Origin: a virus | Taxonomy: Duplodnaviria; Heunggongvirae; Uroviricota; Caudoviricetes | Virus record (IMG/VR): IMGVR_UViG_3300045988_138410 | Coordinates: 1-32,784 of that record | DNA length: 32,784 nucleotides | Reading direction: 5' to 3' (one strand) | Part shown: piece after piece, positions 8,641 to 18,138 of the stretch | How positions within the stretch are numbered: the stretch's first letter is position 1 | Layout: every line of letters begins with the position of its first letter | Program-made: the position numbers and the translations under genes | Notes under the pieces: generated by a model | The model's database searches: none | Seen by the model: the letters and a program-made list of their open reading frames with translations, nothing else | Told to the model about the DNA's origin: nothing

Positions 8641-10149
8641 TTATTCTTCGGACTGGTCGTCGGTGTGCTGCGGCTCCTGTCGTTTCGTTGCGGCACTGCT
8701 GCCTCCTTTATCACTGGCCGGATCAGTATCAAATACCAGATCCAGCTTGCGGTTTTCATCAATTTCGGCCTTGCGCCGACGTTTGACATCATCCGGATTA
8801 CGACCACCAGCACGTACCCAGTCTGATTCTGTCGCCGCTCCACCACGAATCTGGATTTTCCAGGCCTCAGCCTCCTTAACAGGGTCAATCCACGGCATCA
8901 CTGGTCCGGAATACACCGCGGTATACAGTGAAGAACGGTCAAGATCGCGGGGTAGCCTGATAACACCGGATGCCACAGCCTGTTTCAGCCAGGCACGATA
9001 CATCGGGCGGGTGACGGCACCAATAAACCAGTCCTGCAGGATCAGGTAGCCATCAGTGGATTCAACCAGTTCCTGACGCTGGGCGCTGTAAGTGCCGTTA
9101 TAGTTGCGCGCTGTACTGGAAAAACTCAGACGACTGCCCGCCGCCACGGCACGCAACTGACCATTACGAAAAGTTTCAAGGTTAGGATTGGGACGATCCG
9201 ACTTCACCATTCCGATTTCTTCGCCGGGTTTCAGATCGTCGTAAATAATGCCTGGCTGAATGGTAAGCTCGCGTTCATTCTCCTTGCTGTCATTACCATC
9301 CGTTTCATAGCTCTGTCCGTCGCCTTTGCGGATGTACATCCCCAGAGCAGCGGCGACCCTTGCTGCAGTCAGCTCAGAATCTTCATACTCTTTCAGGGCG
9401 CTGAGGCGGATCAGCACACCGGACAGTAAAGACGTCCCGCGCATCTGGTGCAGACGGCGAACAAATTTAAGATGCAGCATTCGCTCTGCATCCACTTCTT
9501 TGGTTTCCATCTGCCGTCCGGATACAGGACGACTTTTATACACCAGATATTTTTCGGGACGCCCCCAGTCATCAACAAACACGCCCTGATTCAGCCTGTT
9601 GCTCTCATCACTGGTCATGGGAATAAAGTCCGGCTCGAGCGCCTCCAGCCAGAAATGAACACCGGCAGAAGGCGTCAGGCTGTTTATGCGCCCGGAAACC
9701 ATCTGGGCAAACACCTCACCATCGCGCAGCCAGGTACGCAGCATCAGACGTTCCAGCATCGGACGGGTAAACTGCCCGGTGACTTCCGGGCTGACAGACC
9801 ATTCACTCCATCGGGTGCGTATCTCCGCTGCCAGATCACGGGCAATGGCCCCATTGCGTAATACCGGATGTGGCTCGACAATAATCCCGTTTTTCCCCAC
9901 CACCCGTTCTTCCAGCTTGTCAAATACACCAATAACCAGATCGTGGTTGTTATCAAGGTAACGGGCCTGCTCACGTAACGACACGGCCCCGTACTGGCTT
10001 AACTGGTCGGCAGTTCGGTTTTCCCGCCGGGCTTTGTGTGTCCGCGTCGTTTTTACGGCCTCATAAGCCTGGATCACCGCACGGGAACGCAGCCTTGCCG
10101 CTTTCCATCCTGGTGAAAAAACGCCAATCACATCATCAAGAATTGCCAT
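8641..10149 (-). CDS. Portal protein
   Basis: ~500-aa ORF between W-like and protease-capsid; TGATG stop/start overlap with W-like gene at 10149. Confidence 0.8.
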   Translation of the reverse strand: MAILDDVIGVFSPGWKAARLRSRAVIQAYEAVKTTRTHKARRENRTADQLSQYGAVSLREQARYLDNNHDLVIGVFDKLEERVVGKNGIIVEPHPVLRNGAIARDLAAEIRTRWSEWSVSPEVTGQFTRPMLERLMLRTWLRDGEVFAQMVSGRINSLTPSAGVHFWLEALEPDFIPMTSDESNRLNQGVFVDDWGRPEKYLVYKSRPVSGRQMETKEVDAERMLHLKFVRRLHQMRGTSLLSGVLIRLSALKEYEDSELTAARVAAALGMYIRKGDGQSYETDGNDSKENERELTIQPGIIYDDLKPGEEIGMVKSDRPNPNLETFRNGQLRAVAAGSRLSFSSTARNYNGTYSAQRQELVESTDGYLILQDWFIGAVTRPMYRAWLKQAVASGVIRLPRDLDRSSLYTAVYSGPVMPWIDPVKEAEAWKIQIRGGAATESDWVRAGGRNPDDVKRRRKAEIDENRKLDLVFDTDPASDKGGSSAATKRQEPQHTDDQSEE

Positions 10150-10367
10150 CAGAACCTCGCCAGCCGGTACCCGGGATGCCCCCGTCGTCGTGTAATCAGA
10201 GCCGCAAGGCGGCGCTCCCACTCCTGCCGTCCCTGCCGGATCTCAGATAAGTTTTCCATGGTCATCTGCTGACCATTAAAGGTGACGGATTTTCCGTCCA
10301 GCACCGCCATTTCAGCTTCTGTATAACGCTGAATCATGGCTTCGATATCATTCTGGTTCATAACCAT
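10149..10367 (-). CDS. W: Head-tail joining protein, gpW-like
   Basis: 72-aa ORF between large terminase and portal, as lambda W. Confidence 0.65.
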   Translation of the reverse strand: MVMNQNDIEAMIQRYTEAEMAVLDGKSVTFNGQQMTMENLSEIRQGRQEWERRLAALITRRRGHPGYRLARF

Positions 10368-12460
10368 CCTCCGGAAGTCAGCCAGGGGTTAACATCGTCA
10401 GTTACTGTTTTCTTCCGTTTTTGTTTTTTAACAGGCGTGGATACCGGTTCCGGTGAGGGTGACGGTTCGGTACTGTCCGGGACACACTCCAGCCAGGTTT
10501 CCCGGCTCGCCCATTCCGGTGCATCCGGCCAGCGGATCTTTTCGTATCCATGCAGAATGACCAGAGCCTCGGCATACACCATCAGGTCAAAGGCTTCGTT
10601 GGCACCGCGCCCCGGCTTACTCCATTTCCCGTCACTGCTCCGCTCTTCATACGTCAGTTCGTCGTAAAACCAGCTCCCCAGCCAGTCAGGAAAATGCACA
10701 TAGCCGGGACCTGGCGAGTCACGCCATAACGCGTTATTCACCCGGTCTTTCAGGGCATCCGTCTGAAGAAGCCAGAGCGGCACATCACCTGCGGCCTGCG
10801 CCCGTCGGCCCGTTCGTCCGGTGTTATCAGGGAATGTACGGGTGATCAGTTTTGCGCGCCGGATGCTGTCGCCCTTAAACAGGTAAATACGTTTACCAAG
10901 GCCATCACGACGGCAACGACGCCAGAATTTATAGGCATTATCAGTGACCCCGTCTTCACCGCCGGAGTCCACCGCCATTGCCATCAGTCGCATTTGTTGA
11001 GAAGGATCGGAGGCCAGCGGCCAGCTTTTATGAAAAACATCCGTCAGCAGGACATCCCAGTCTTCCGGATAGCTGGCCGGATCAATTCGCTGGCTCTCCC
11101 CGTCGCTGTCACCGCGCAATGACTGCGTGATGTTGTAACGATCAATAATCCAGAGTTCGCCACGGCTGCCATAGCCCGTTACCTGAACCACAAAACGGCG
11201 ATGACGTCCCGCCTGCACATCCACTGTCGCCACAAGGAAATTAACGCCATCCGGCACACTGCGGGAAGGAACTGGCTCTGCCCGCTGCTCAAGCAGTTCA
11301 CTTTTTCGTTGCTCCATGCTGGCGCGGGGAAGATAAGGTAATCCCCAGTCAGTATTGATAACCGTCTTGAGTGTTTCTTCACTTCCGGTTGTCTCGTATT
11401 CCTGTTCTGCAGTAAGCAGTTTGTAAACGAGTTGCGAGAGTGTCTGGTAAGCAGCTGCCGGACCCTCCATCCAGAATGACGCAATACGTGAGCGTCGGGG
11501 ATCACCATAACGACTACCATCCGCATTGATGGATTCACCATCCCGCAACCAGACCCCACGTCCGTTCAGCTCACGTTTTTGTTCAGGCATAATCCGTCCT
11601 GAACAGGAAGGACACTGAATATAAGCCGCCTCACTTGCCAGCACGGGATCGGCAATATCACGGAAACCAGCAACCACATCGCCGCAGGGCTGAAAATACT
11701 CACCACAGTGTGGACAGGGCCAGTACCAGCGACGGCGATCGCCACGGTTATAGAGCGACAGTATCCCCGTGGTTGGTGGAGCCTCATGCGGTGAAGTCCG
11801 TCGCCATTTCACATCCTTCACATCCCTGCCGGGGGAACTCTCCACCAGCGTCATACCACTGGACATAAATGTTGTGGTACGTTTTGAGGCAAGAGAGAAA
11901 GCATCCCCCTCGCCATCAATATCTTCCGGAAAACGGTCATAATCCGTCAGCGCGACGCATTTATAATCTGATGAGGACATGATATTGACTGACGGCCAGC
12001 CGATTTTCAGGTAGTTACCAGCAAGGAATGTTCTGTCATAAACGTTGTTGTCATTTTTGTTCGGACTCAGGCGACTGACCACTTCCGGGCTGACGCGAAA
12101 CGTTCTGGCGAGTCGTTTTTTGGAGTGTTCGCGGGCTTTTTCCTCCGTCATCTGAATGATCAGCATATCAGCAGGATCGCAAATCACGTTGTAAATCACC
12201 CAGCCGTCAATCAGGCCGATAGTCTTGCCGGTTCGTGCCGGGCCAACAAATATAACTGCGTCGTATTCACGCGAGGCCAGGCAGTTCATCGGCTCAATAA
12301 CATACGGTGCCACCAGCGGATCCCACGGGACTGAGTTCCCTGCCCCCATGGGCACCCGCATATACTGAGCAACGGCATCAGCAACCCGCATTCGCCTCGG
12401 TGCGCGAAGGATATAACCTGAATCGGTTCGTGCTGCCTTTGCGGTTTCCTGATTCAGCAT
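10358..12460 (-). CDS. A: Terminase large subunit (lambda gpA family)
   Basis: 700 aa; Walker-A-like VGPARTGKT; CxxC...CxxC motif; size and position as gpA; AGGAGG RBS. Confidence 0.9.
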   Translation of the reverse strand: MLNQETAKAARTDSGYILRAPRRMRVADAVAQYMRVPMGAGNSVPWDPLVAPYVIEPMNCLASREYDAVIFVGPARTGKTIGLIDGWVIYNVICDPADMLIIQMTEEKAREHSKKRLARTFRVSPEVVSRLSPNKNDNNVYDRTFLAGNYLKIGWPSVNIMSSSDYKCVALTDYDRFPEDIDGEGDAFSLASKRTTTFMSSGMTLVESSPGRDVKDVKWRRTSPHEAPPTTGILSLYNRGDRRRWYWPCPHCGEYFQPCGDVVAGFRDIADPVLASEAAYIQCPSCSGRIMPEQKRELNGRGVWLRDGESINADGSRYGDPRRSRIASFWMEGPAAAYQTLSQLVYKLLTAEQEYETTGSEETLKTVINTDWGLPYLPRASMEQRKSELLEQRAEPVPSRSVPDGVNFLVATVDVQAGRHRRFVVQVTGYGSRGELWIIDRYNITQSLRGDSDGESQRIDPASYPEDWDVLLTDVFHKSWPLASDPSQQMRLMAMAVDSGGEDGVTDNAYKFWRRCRRDGLGKRIYLFKGDSIRRAKLITRTFPDNTGRTGRRAQAAGDVPLWLLQTDALKDRVNNALWRDSPGPGYVHFPDWLGSWFYDELTYEERSSDGKWSKPGRGANEAFDLMVYAEALVILHGYEKIRWPDAPEWASRETWLECVPDSTEPSPSPEPVSTPVKKQKRKKTVTDDVNPWLTSGGWL

Positions 12461-12954
12461 TACTCCTCCTGCTGTAATTCCTCCTCATCATCCGCACCTG
12501 CTTCGGTCACCCGCAGGGCTATCTGATCGCGCAGATCATCAATAATGGACTGAACACGGCTCACAGCGGCAGGCTGCAGACCGCAGTCACGTTCCAGAAT
12601 ATCCGGTAATGTCTCCAGTACCTGCACGACCGCTTTTGCCCAGATGGCAAACTCCCGTCTGACATCACTGGCCGGAATGAGTTGCGCCGTTTCCTGTTCG
12701 AACTTAAGACGCTCACGTTCAGACTGATACCAGGCTTTGCGCTCATGCGCGTCCATTTCGCCTTCTGCAACCGGCGGTGGTAATGCCAGAAATGCCGACA
12801 CAATATCAACCACCCGATAAAGCTTGAGGTTGCTTTCATGCCCCCCTGCAACGGGTAGATTTTGCAGCCTTGCCGCAGCAGTCTGGCGATGTACACCTGA
12901 CAGTGCCGCCAGTTGACTGATATTCAGCGTCAGATTTTTTAACTCTCGATCCAT
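12460..12954 (-). CDS. Terminase small subunit (Nu1-like, N-terminal HTH)
   Basis: N-terminus LNISQLAALSGVHRQTAAARLQNLPV resembles Nu1 winged HTH; directly upstream of and overlapping large terminase. Confidence 0.75.
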   Translation of the reverse strand: MDRELKNLTLNISQLAALSGVHRQTAAARLQNLPVAGGHESNLKLYRVVDIVSAFLALPPPVAEGEMDAHERKAWYQSERERLKFEQETAQLIPASDVRREFAIWAKAVVQVLETLPDILERDCGLQPAAVSRVQSIIDDLRDQIALRVTEAGADDEEELQQEE

Positions 12955-13099
12955 ACCCGCTCCAGAATGTTTTAAACATGCATCTTGCGAACAACTTTAG
13001 GCAAACGGTGTTAGTGATGAACAAAAAACAATCAAAATCGACACCATAAAAATAAAACTAATGTAATATCAATGCATTACAGTAGTGGTGATGACGAAT

Positions 13100-13160
13100 G
13101 AAATTTCAAAAACTAGCCTTTTTCCGCGCCGCTCCCGCCCCGTGGCAGGCCACCCCACCG
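13100..13160. other. Candidate cos site (cosN-like GC-rich core flanked by AT-rich cosB-like DNA)
   Basis: Minus strand reads CCACG GGGCGGGAGCGGCGCGG AAAAAGG.., resembling recalled lambda ACG GGGCGGCGACCT CGCGGG TTTTCGC; ~180 bp upstream of Nu1-like start. Confidence 0.4.
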
Positions 13161-13769
13161 GGAGGACCCGTCAGCCTGACAGCCATGACGAACGTCTGAT
13201 ACAGCGCCTTGCATGAATGGCATCGGGATAATCCAGAAAGGAATAGCATCGTGCCCACAAGAATCTGTGTGAGTATCCTGTTTCTTCCACCCCCGCACAG
13301 GACTGGCGAGCATGAGGGACAAACCCGCGAACCATAAACGCGGTAAAAACCCGGTGTGCATCGTTTTTGATTATTCCCGCACACTCTCGCAGAAGGAGTT
13401 CCCCGTCGGGCTACGGTCTCTGTTAATACGGGAATACGGCGACGATACAGCGCATGATGTGTCAGGCTTGAATACCTTTATCCGTTAAAAGGGATATCAG
13501 TTAAGTTATCCCGTGTAGGGTATAAGTCATTATCAAAGCCACTCTGTAGGGAGTGGCTTTTGTAATGGCAATAAAAAGCCCCGCGAATGCGAGGCTAAAT
13601 CCAGGTATTTTTAATGACTGGCTCTTATTTCAACGCAGCCCCTTACCGCGCGCCAGATGCTCAACTTCAAGCATCAGCAATGAGATGTTTAATCTGGATT
13701 CACTCCAGAAGTGATCACCACCCTGTCTACAGAGCCAGATGTGAAGGATGATGAGTAAAATTATCGCTA

Positions 13770-14222
13770 TCATCGAAGGCATTGCGTCCTGATGTATTCC
13801 TGCAGGTAGTTAACCTGCGCGGTTATCCTGTCGATTCCGCTTCGGAGACGGTAATAATTGAGTTCAGCATCTGCTGTAAGTCTTGGGCTTTCTCCATCGC
13901 CCATGCCGCTGGCTCTGGTCGTTGACTTTGCACAGGTGGCGGCGACTTGCAGGCGCTTACGCCCAGCAGAAACATCAGCACGGAGACTTTCGATAGTCGC
14001 GTTAGCATCAGCAAGCTCCTTTGTGTATCTGGCGTCGAGTTCTGCTACATCACGTTGACGCTTCTGCATATCAGCGATGATGGATGTGGCTTTATCACGC
14101 TGTTCTTTGTAGGCGATGGCGTTATCACGGTAATGATTGACCGCCCACGACAGGCAGACGATGATGCAGATAACCAGAGCATAAATAATCGCGGCGACTC
14201 TGCTCACTGATCTATTCCCCAA
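13770..14222 (-). CDS. Rz: Spanin inner-membrane subunit Rz
   Basis: N-terminal [21 protein letters not shown] and YTKELADA motifs match recalled lambda Rz. Confidence 0.9.
   Translation of the reverse strand: MGNRSVSRVAAIIYALVICIIVCLSWAVNHYRDNAIAYKEQRDKATSIIADMQKRQRDVAELDARYTKELADANATIESLRADVSAGRKRLQVAATCAKSTTRASGMGDGESPRLTADAELNYYRLRSGIDRITAQVNYLQEYIRTQCLR
13823..14014 (-). CDS. Rz1: Spanin outer-membrane lipoprotein Rz1, embedded in Rz in +1 frame
   Basis: 63 aa with signal peptide, lipobox ending in Cys (LLGVSAC) and Pro-rich stretch; fully inside Rz. Confidence 0.8.
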   Translation of the reverse strand: MLMLTRLSKVSVLMFLLGVSACKSPPPVQSQRPEPAAWAMEKAQDLQQMLNSIITVSEAESTG

Positions 14223-14737
14223 CAGGCTAATGCGCTTTCCTGGTCACGACGAATAACCTGACCGTAACAGTTATTTGAACGAATGCGGCAATCACGGCCA
14301 CCGTCCTTAATCCACCAGCGAATCGCCTCGCATGCACCTTTACGATCACCGGCATTCAGCCGCTTATAAAACGTCGACGGGAAACACTTACCGGGGCCAA
14401 TGTTATAGGGACAGAATGATGCGATACCGGCTTTCTGTGGCTCGGTCAGTGGAACTTTTATATTGCGCTCCACCCATGACAGCGCCTTATCACGTTCAAT
14501 GGCGTTAACCTGGTCGCATTTTTCCTTCGACAGTTTCATGCCGGGAAAAACGGGTTTTCCATCCACCATCGTGGCACCCCGACAGATGGTCCAGATGCCG
14601 GAACCATCGCGGTATGCCGTTGTTTGGTTACCTTCTTTTTCATCCAGAAACTGGTCAAGTATCTGAGGAGCAGATGCTCCTGCTCCAATCAGCGCCAGAA
14701 CTGCAGCTGACAGGCCGTATCTGATTTTTGCGTTCAT
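14204..14737 (-). CDS. R: SAR endolysin (T4-lysozyme-like, phage 21 R type)
   Basis: N-terminal Gly/Ala-rich weak TM (SAR) followed by E...D...T catalytic region, as P21 lysozyme. Confidence 0.9.
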   Translation of the reverse strand: MNAKIRYGLSAAVLALIGAGASAPQILDQFLDEKEGNQTTAYRDGSGIWTICRGATMVDGKPVFPGMKLSKEKCDQVNAIERDKALSWVERNIKVPLTEPQKAGIASFCPYNIGPGKCFPSTFYKRLNAGDRKGACEAIRWWIKDGGRDCRIRSNNCYGQVIRRDQESALACWGIDQ

Positions 14738-14842
14738 GGATATTTATCAGGATTTATCGGTTTCTGAACCCTGGATATGTTTATCTGTCCCGGCCTGTTG
14801 AATCAGGCGGGGAAAAGGTAAAGACAATCAAGAGGATTATTT

Positions 14843-15115
14843 ATGGACAATAACACCATTTCTCTACAGGAGTTGCTCGACTGCATTTCCAGGCTTCGGG
14901 ATGATGTAAATGCCCTCACTGTTGCATTTTCATATCTGGCCTTCTCAATTCCCAGAGAACAAATGCAACCAACACTGGCATCGCTCCTGCTTGAATCACG
15001 CAACCCCAAATGGTCCCAGGAACAACAAAATTCTTTCAAGTGGCTGGCGGCATTACTGGAAGAAAAATATGCTGGTAAAATTACCATTTCGGTGGAGTCT
15101 TCAGAGAACCAGTAA
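14843..15115 (+). CDS. Hypothetical protein on opposite strand inside lysis cassette (possible moron)
   Basis: 90-aa ORF with strong AAGAGGA RBS 6 nt before ATG; fills the 340-bp gap between DUF1327 and endolysin; no recognisable family. Confidence 0.35.
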   Translation: MDNNTISLQELLDCISRLRDDVNALTVAFSYLAFSIPREQMQPTLASLLLESRNPKWSQEQQNSFKWLAALLEEKYAGKITISVESSENQ

Positions 15116-15425
15116 TTCTTCCCGGTAGCTTTCCTTTGTAGGTTATCCACACATTCTGCGCCTCTAAAATTACGGGGCGCTTTTCCGGCGACTGCTCACC
15201 CCCTTCACATAACCCGGCGGCAATCCCCATGAAAAGCTGCTTCGCCTGTTTTTTCGCCTCAGCTTCATAAAACTCCAGCGTGGCCCCTTCAAGTCGCTCA
15301 AGGTTGATGTTCAGATCAAAAATTTCACCGGCAAAACGTTCTTTGTCCTGTAACGTTAAGATTACCGTAACTTTATTCTCAAAATTGCGGGTCCCTTTCA
15401 CAATCAGTTCATAGTTTTGAGTCAT
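15081..15425 (-). CDS. DUF1327-family protein (YdfR-like) between holin and endolysin
   Basis: MTQNYELIVKGTRNFENKVTVILTLQDKERF pattern recalled from prophage proteins at this position. Confidence 0.5.
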   Translation of the reverse strand: MTQNYELIVKGTRNFENKVTVILTLQDKERFAGEIFDLNINLERLEGATLEFYEAEAKKQAKQLFMGIAAGLCEGGEQSPEKRPVILEAQNVWITYKGKLPGRITGSLKTPPKW

Positions 15426-15429
15426 TGAA

Positions 15430-15645
15430 TTACTCTCCCCGTGCAGCCTTACGCTTGTCTTCTTTAATCTTGAAATAAAGGTTTGTCAGATACGTCAGCA
15501 AGCCAAATACCAGACTACCCAGCACACCTATTGCCGCCCACTGTGAGGGCGTGACTTTATCGAGCAACTGTAAAAACCAGTACCCGGCACTACCTGCTGA
15601 GGTGCCATAGGCGACACCCGTTGTTAACTTATCCATGGATTTCAT
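15430..15645 (-). CDS. S: Pinholin (phage 21 S21 type) with dual start M-K-S-M
   Basis: [29 protein letters not shown]...[11 protein letters not shown] nearly matches recalled S21; two in-frame ATGs three codons apart. Confidence 0.85.
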
Positions 15646-15712
15646 AACCCCACCTCGCAGATGCGGGTGCTGTGTAATGGAAATAAAAAGGCCACCTGAC
15701 GTGGCCACCAGA

Positions 15713-16765
15713 TTATTTCCCCACCAGCTCGTTTATCTCTTTCACTGTCTGGTTAAACCGCTCTGACTCAAGCTCAACACCTAAGGCCCGACGCCCCAGC
15801 GCCATTGCTGCTTTTATTGTGGAACCGGATCCCATAAAAAAATCAGCAACCAGATCACCTGGTCGACTACTGGCATTGATTATCTGCCTGAGCATATCCG
15901 CCGGTTTCTCACACGGATGTTTCCCCGGGTAGAACTGAACGGGTTTATGCATCCAGACATCGGTATAAGGCACGGAGACTGATACGGAGAAATAGCGCCG
16001 GAGAGATTTAAACTCATCCAGCAATTCAGAATATTTGCGATTCAGTGAATCATAAGATGCCACCAGCTGGTGGTGTGGTTGTTCCAGTTGTTGTTCCTGA
16101 AACTTCTCTGCCGCTATACGGGAAAACAGTGCCTGTAACTTCCGATAGTCAGCCTCATTCGGCAACTGCCACTGACTGGCACCAAACCAGTGGGAAACCA
16201 TATTTTTCTTACCTGTGGCTTCGGCAATTTGTTTTGCCGTTATACCCAGTTCGGCACGAGCATCCCTGAAATACGAAATCAGCGGTGCCATTATGTGCTG
16301 TTTGAGTTCCCTTTCTTTTGCCGCATAGCCGTCACTTTTGCCGCGATATGGCCCCTGGTAATGTTCAGCAAACAGAACGCGCTCTGTGGCAGGAAAATAT
16401 GCGCGCAGACTTTCTTTATTACACCCATTCCAACGTCCGGACGGCTTCGCCCAGATGATATGGTTAAGCACGTTGAAACGTTCACGCATCATGATCTCAA
16501 TATCAGATGCCAGGCGATGCCCACAGAACAGGTAAAGGCTTCCGGCAGGTTTTAACACCCGCCAGAACTGGGCCAGACAGTGGTCCATCCACTTAAGGTA
16601 ATCTTCGTCCCCTTTCCACTGATTGTCCCAGCCGTTGGGTTTCACCTTGAAGTACGGCGGATCGGTAACAATCAGGTCAATGGAATCATCAGGCAGGGAC
16701 TGAATAAAATGCAGGCAATCAGCGTTGATTAAATCAACACTGTTTATTTTTACAGTATTTTTCAT
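15713..16765 (-). CDS. Orphan DNA methyltransferase, beta-class (DPPY then FxGxG)
   Basis: LIVTDPPYF near N-terminus and DFFMGSGST near C-terminus; no adjacent restriction enzyme gene. Confidence 0.8.
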
Positions 16766-16915
16766 GGATCAGTAAGCGTAACTCTGGTAGGCTCACTCTG
16801 CTTTTGCGCTAAAGCAGTGGGCCGTGGTTCGCTTGTGACCAGTAAGCATGAGCGAATGGCTGGCAGGTGCTACCAACACCCACCAGCCGCCCATTTTCAC
16901 AGCAGGAAACCGCCA

Positions 16916-17119
16916 TTACTGGCAGCGTCTGAATTTATTCCCGTACCCGCCGTTATCCTTCGCCAGCCCCGCCAGAACTAACTGAGTCAGTATTAACTGG
17001 CACCGGGCTTCGCTTACTCCGGTAGTTCTCGTCATCATGCGTGGCGTTACCCACTTGTCAGCAGGTAAGAAATGAAGGACTGCGGCGGCGGTTTCTGTCA
17101 TATCTTGCTGTTTTAGCAT
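16916..17119 (-). CDS. Small hypothetical protein, possible winged-helix DNA binder
   Basis: 67 aa from ATG 17119 with AAGGGA RBS; between tR' and methylase; function unknown. Confidence 0.35.
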   Translation of the reverse strand: MLKQQDMTETAAAVLHFLPADKWVTPRMMTRTTGVSEARCQLILTQLVLAGLAKDNGGYGNKFRRCQ

Positions 17120-17241
17120 GTCTTTTTCCCTTCTGGTTAACATGACATACCAATAACTCTTGTCTAAAAAGCCAGCAAGATAAAAAGTCAGTATTCACGA
17201 CCACCAGCGTGTTTACTGTACTGCACCAAGTTTACAGGTAC

Positions 17242-17266
17242 AAAAAAACCCGCTCAGTGGCGGGTT
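17242..17266 (-). terminator. tR'-like intrinsic terminator downstream of Q
   Basis: Minus strand AACCCGC-loop-GCGGGUU followed by U7. Confidence 0.65.
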
Positions 17267-17312
17267 CTTAAATCTTATCAACGGTAGACATACAAAGCCC
17301 ATCGTTGTGAAA

Positions 17313-17341
17313 ATCTTATCCATATTTTTTGAAAAATGCAA
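17313..17341 (-). promoter_or_regulatory. Candidate late promoter pR' (TTGCAT-17-TAAGAT)
   Basis: Sigma70-like hexamers on minus strand just downstream of Q stop and ~45 nt upstream of the terminator. Confidence 0.45.
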
Positions 17342-17372
17342 GCATCATGTCGTCATCTTCGGCGAAAACCAT

Positions 17373-18125
17373 TTATCTTGTCACCTTTCTCAATTGTATC
17401 TCTGCATATGCTTCTTCCTGCCAGCACTTTGTAACCAGTTTATCAATGACATCTGCATATCCTTTGTACCACTGATAATCCGTCAGGTCTGGTACCAGCT
17501 TCTGGACATGAAGCCGCGCCAGTGTGGTTGGTAAACGGCTAAACCGGTTTCCATTGCAACGCCCACAAACCTTATAAACAGGCGTGCCATGAAGCCGGGT
17601 TCTTTTTTCATCCAGGACAATACCTTTACCCTTACACCCTCTGCACGCTGTGCTGACTTCTCCCTTACCATGACAATGCTGACACAGTTCCTTCACCCAC
17701 TCTTCCTTGATAACAGATTCCCCGCTTCTGGAGTGTTTTACCACCTCGCGCAATACATCATGAAATCCAGTACCAGCACAATGCTCACAGCGAGCCTTAC
17801 TTGCCGCAGACCTGGAATAATCAGCAAAGGCAAAATTCACAAGGTAAGGAATGATCTGTAGCCGGGTTTCTTCACTCAATTTGTTCAATGTCGGGTTATC
17901 CAGTGCCATCGCGTAATTGAACAGACCTTCAATCGCAAACTGAGGATCCTGAACACCAACTTTTGCCAGGAATAAGGCAAACCCAAGCGGTGCTTTCGAC
18001 TGCACCATCCCCTGCGCAGCCATTACATCCGTAATTGTTAAACCACCAGAGCCTGTCGCCGGTGCGTCATCGCTCAATTTTGGAGATTTTGTGGAGTAAT
18101 ATTTCGGTAAGGCTTCAAGGTTCAT
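17373..18125 (-). CDS. Q: Late antiterminator Q (QuuD/QuuQ-type, multiple CxxC motifs)
   Basis: 250 aa with CEHCAGTG, CQHCHGKG, CRGCKGKG, CGRCNG; located immediately upstream of pR'/tR'. Confidence 0.8.
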   Translation of the reverse strand: MNLEALPKYYSTKSPKLSDDAPATGSGGLTITDVMAAQGMVQSKAPLGFALFLAKVGVQDPQFAIEGLFNYAMALDNPTLNKLSEETRLQIIPYLVNFAFADYSRSAASKARCEHCAGTGFHDVLREVVKHSRSGESVIKEEWVKELCQHCHGKGEVSTACRGCKGKGIVLDEKRTRLHGTPVYKVCGRCNGNRFSRLPTTLARLHVQKLVPDLTDYQWYKGYADVIDKLVTKCWQEEAYAEIQLRKVTR

Positions 18126-18138
18126 GCTCGTTCTCCAC

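Noticed and set aside
8628-8888. N-terminal 87 codons of the ORF-track 739-aa protease-capsid ORF
   Set aside because: The extension overlaps the portal gene 3' end; the protease domain starts at MQAGH... (ATG 8627), just after the portal stop.
13106-13384. Two overlapping minus-strand ORFs (92 and 82 aa) in the cos region
   Set aside because: GC-rich open frames with Cys/Gly/Arg-rich translations and no RBS; they lie over the candidate cosN core.
14803-15150. 115-aa minus-strand ORF between DUF1327 gene and endolysin
   Set aside because: Ser/Cys-rich, overlaps the DUF1327 gene by 70 nt in another frame without coupling; the plus-strand ORF with a strong RBS is the better candidate, though neither is proven.
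16766-17372. tRNA genes or toxin (stx-like) genes between Q and the lysis genes
   Set aside because: No cloverleaf-compatible sequence (no GGTTCGAAT-type T-loop) and no AB5 toxin-like ORF; the slot holds a small HTH-like ORF and a methylase.
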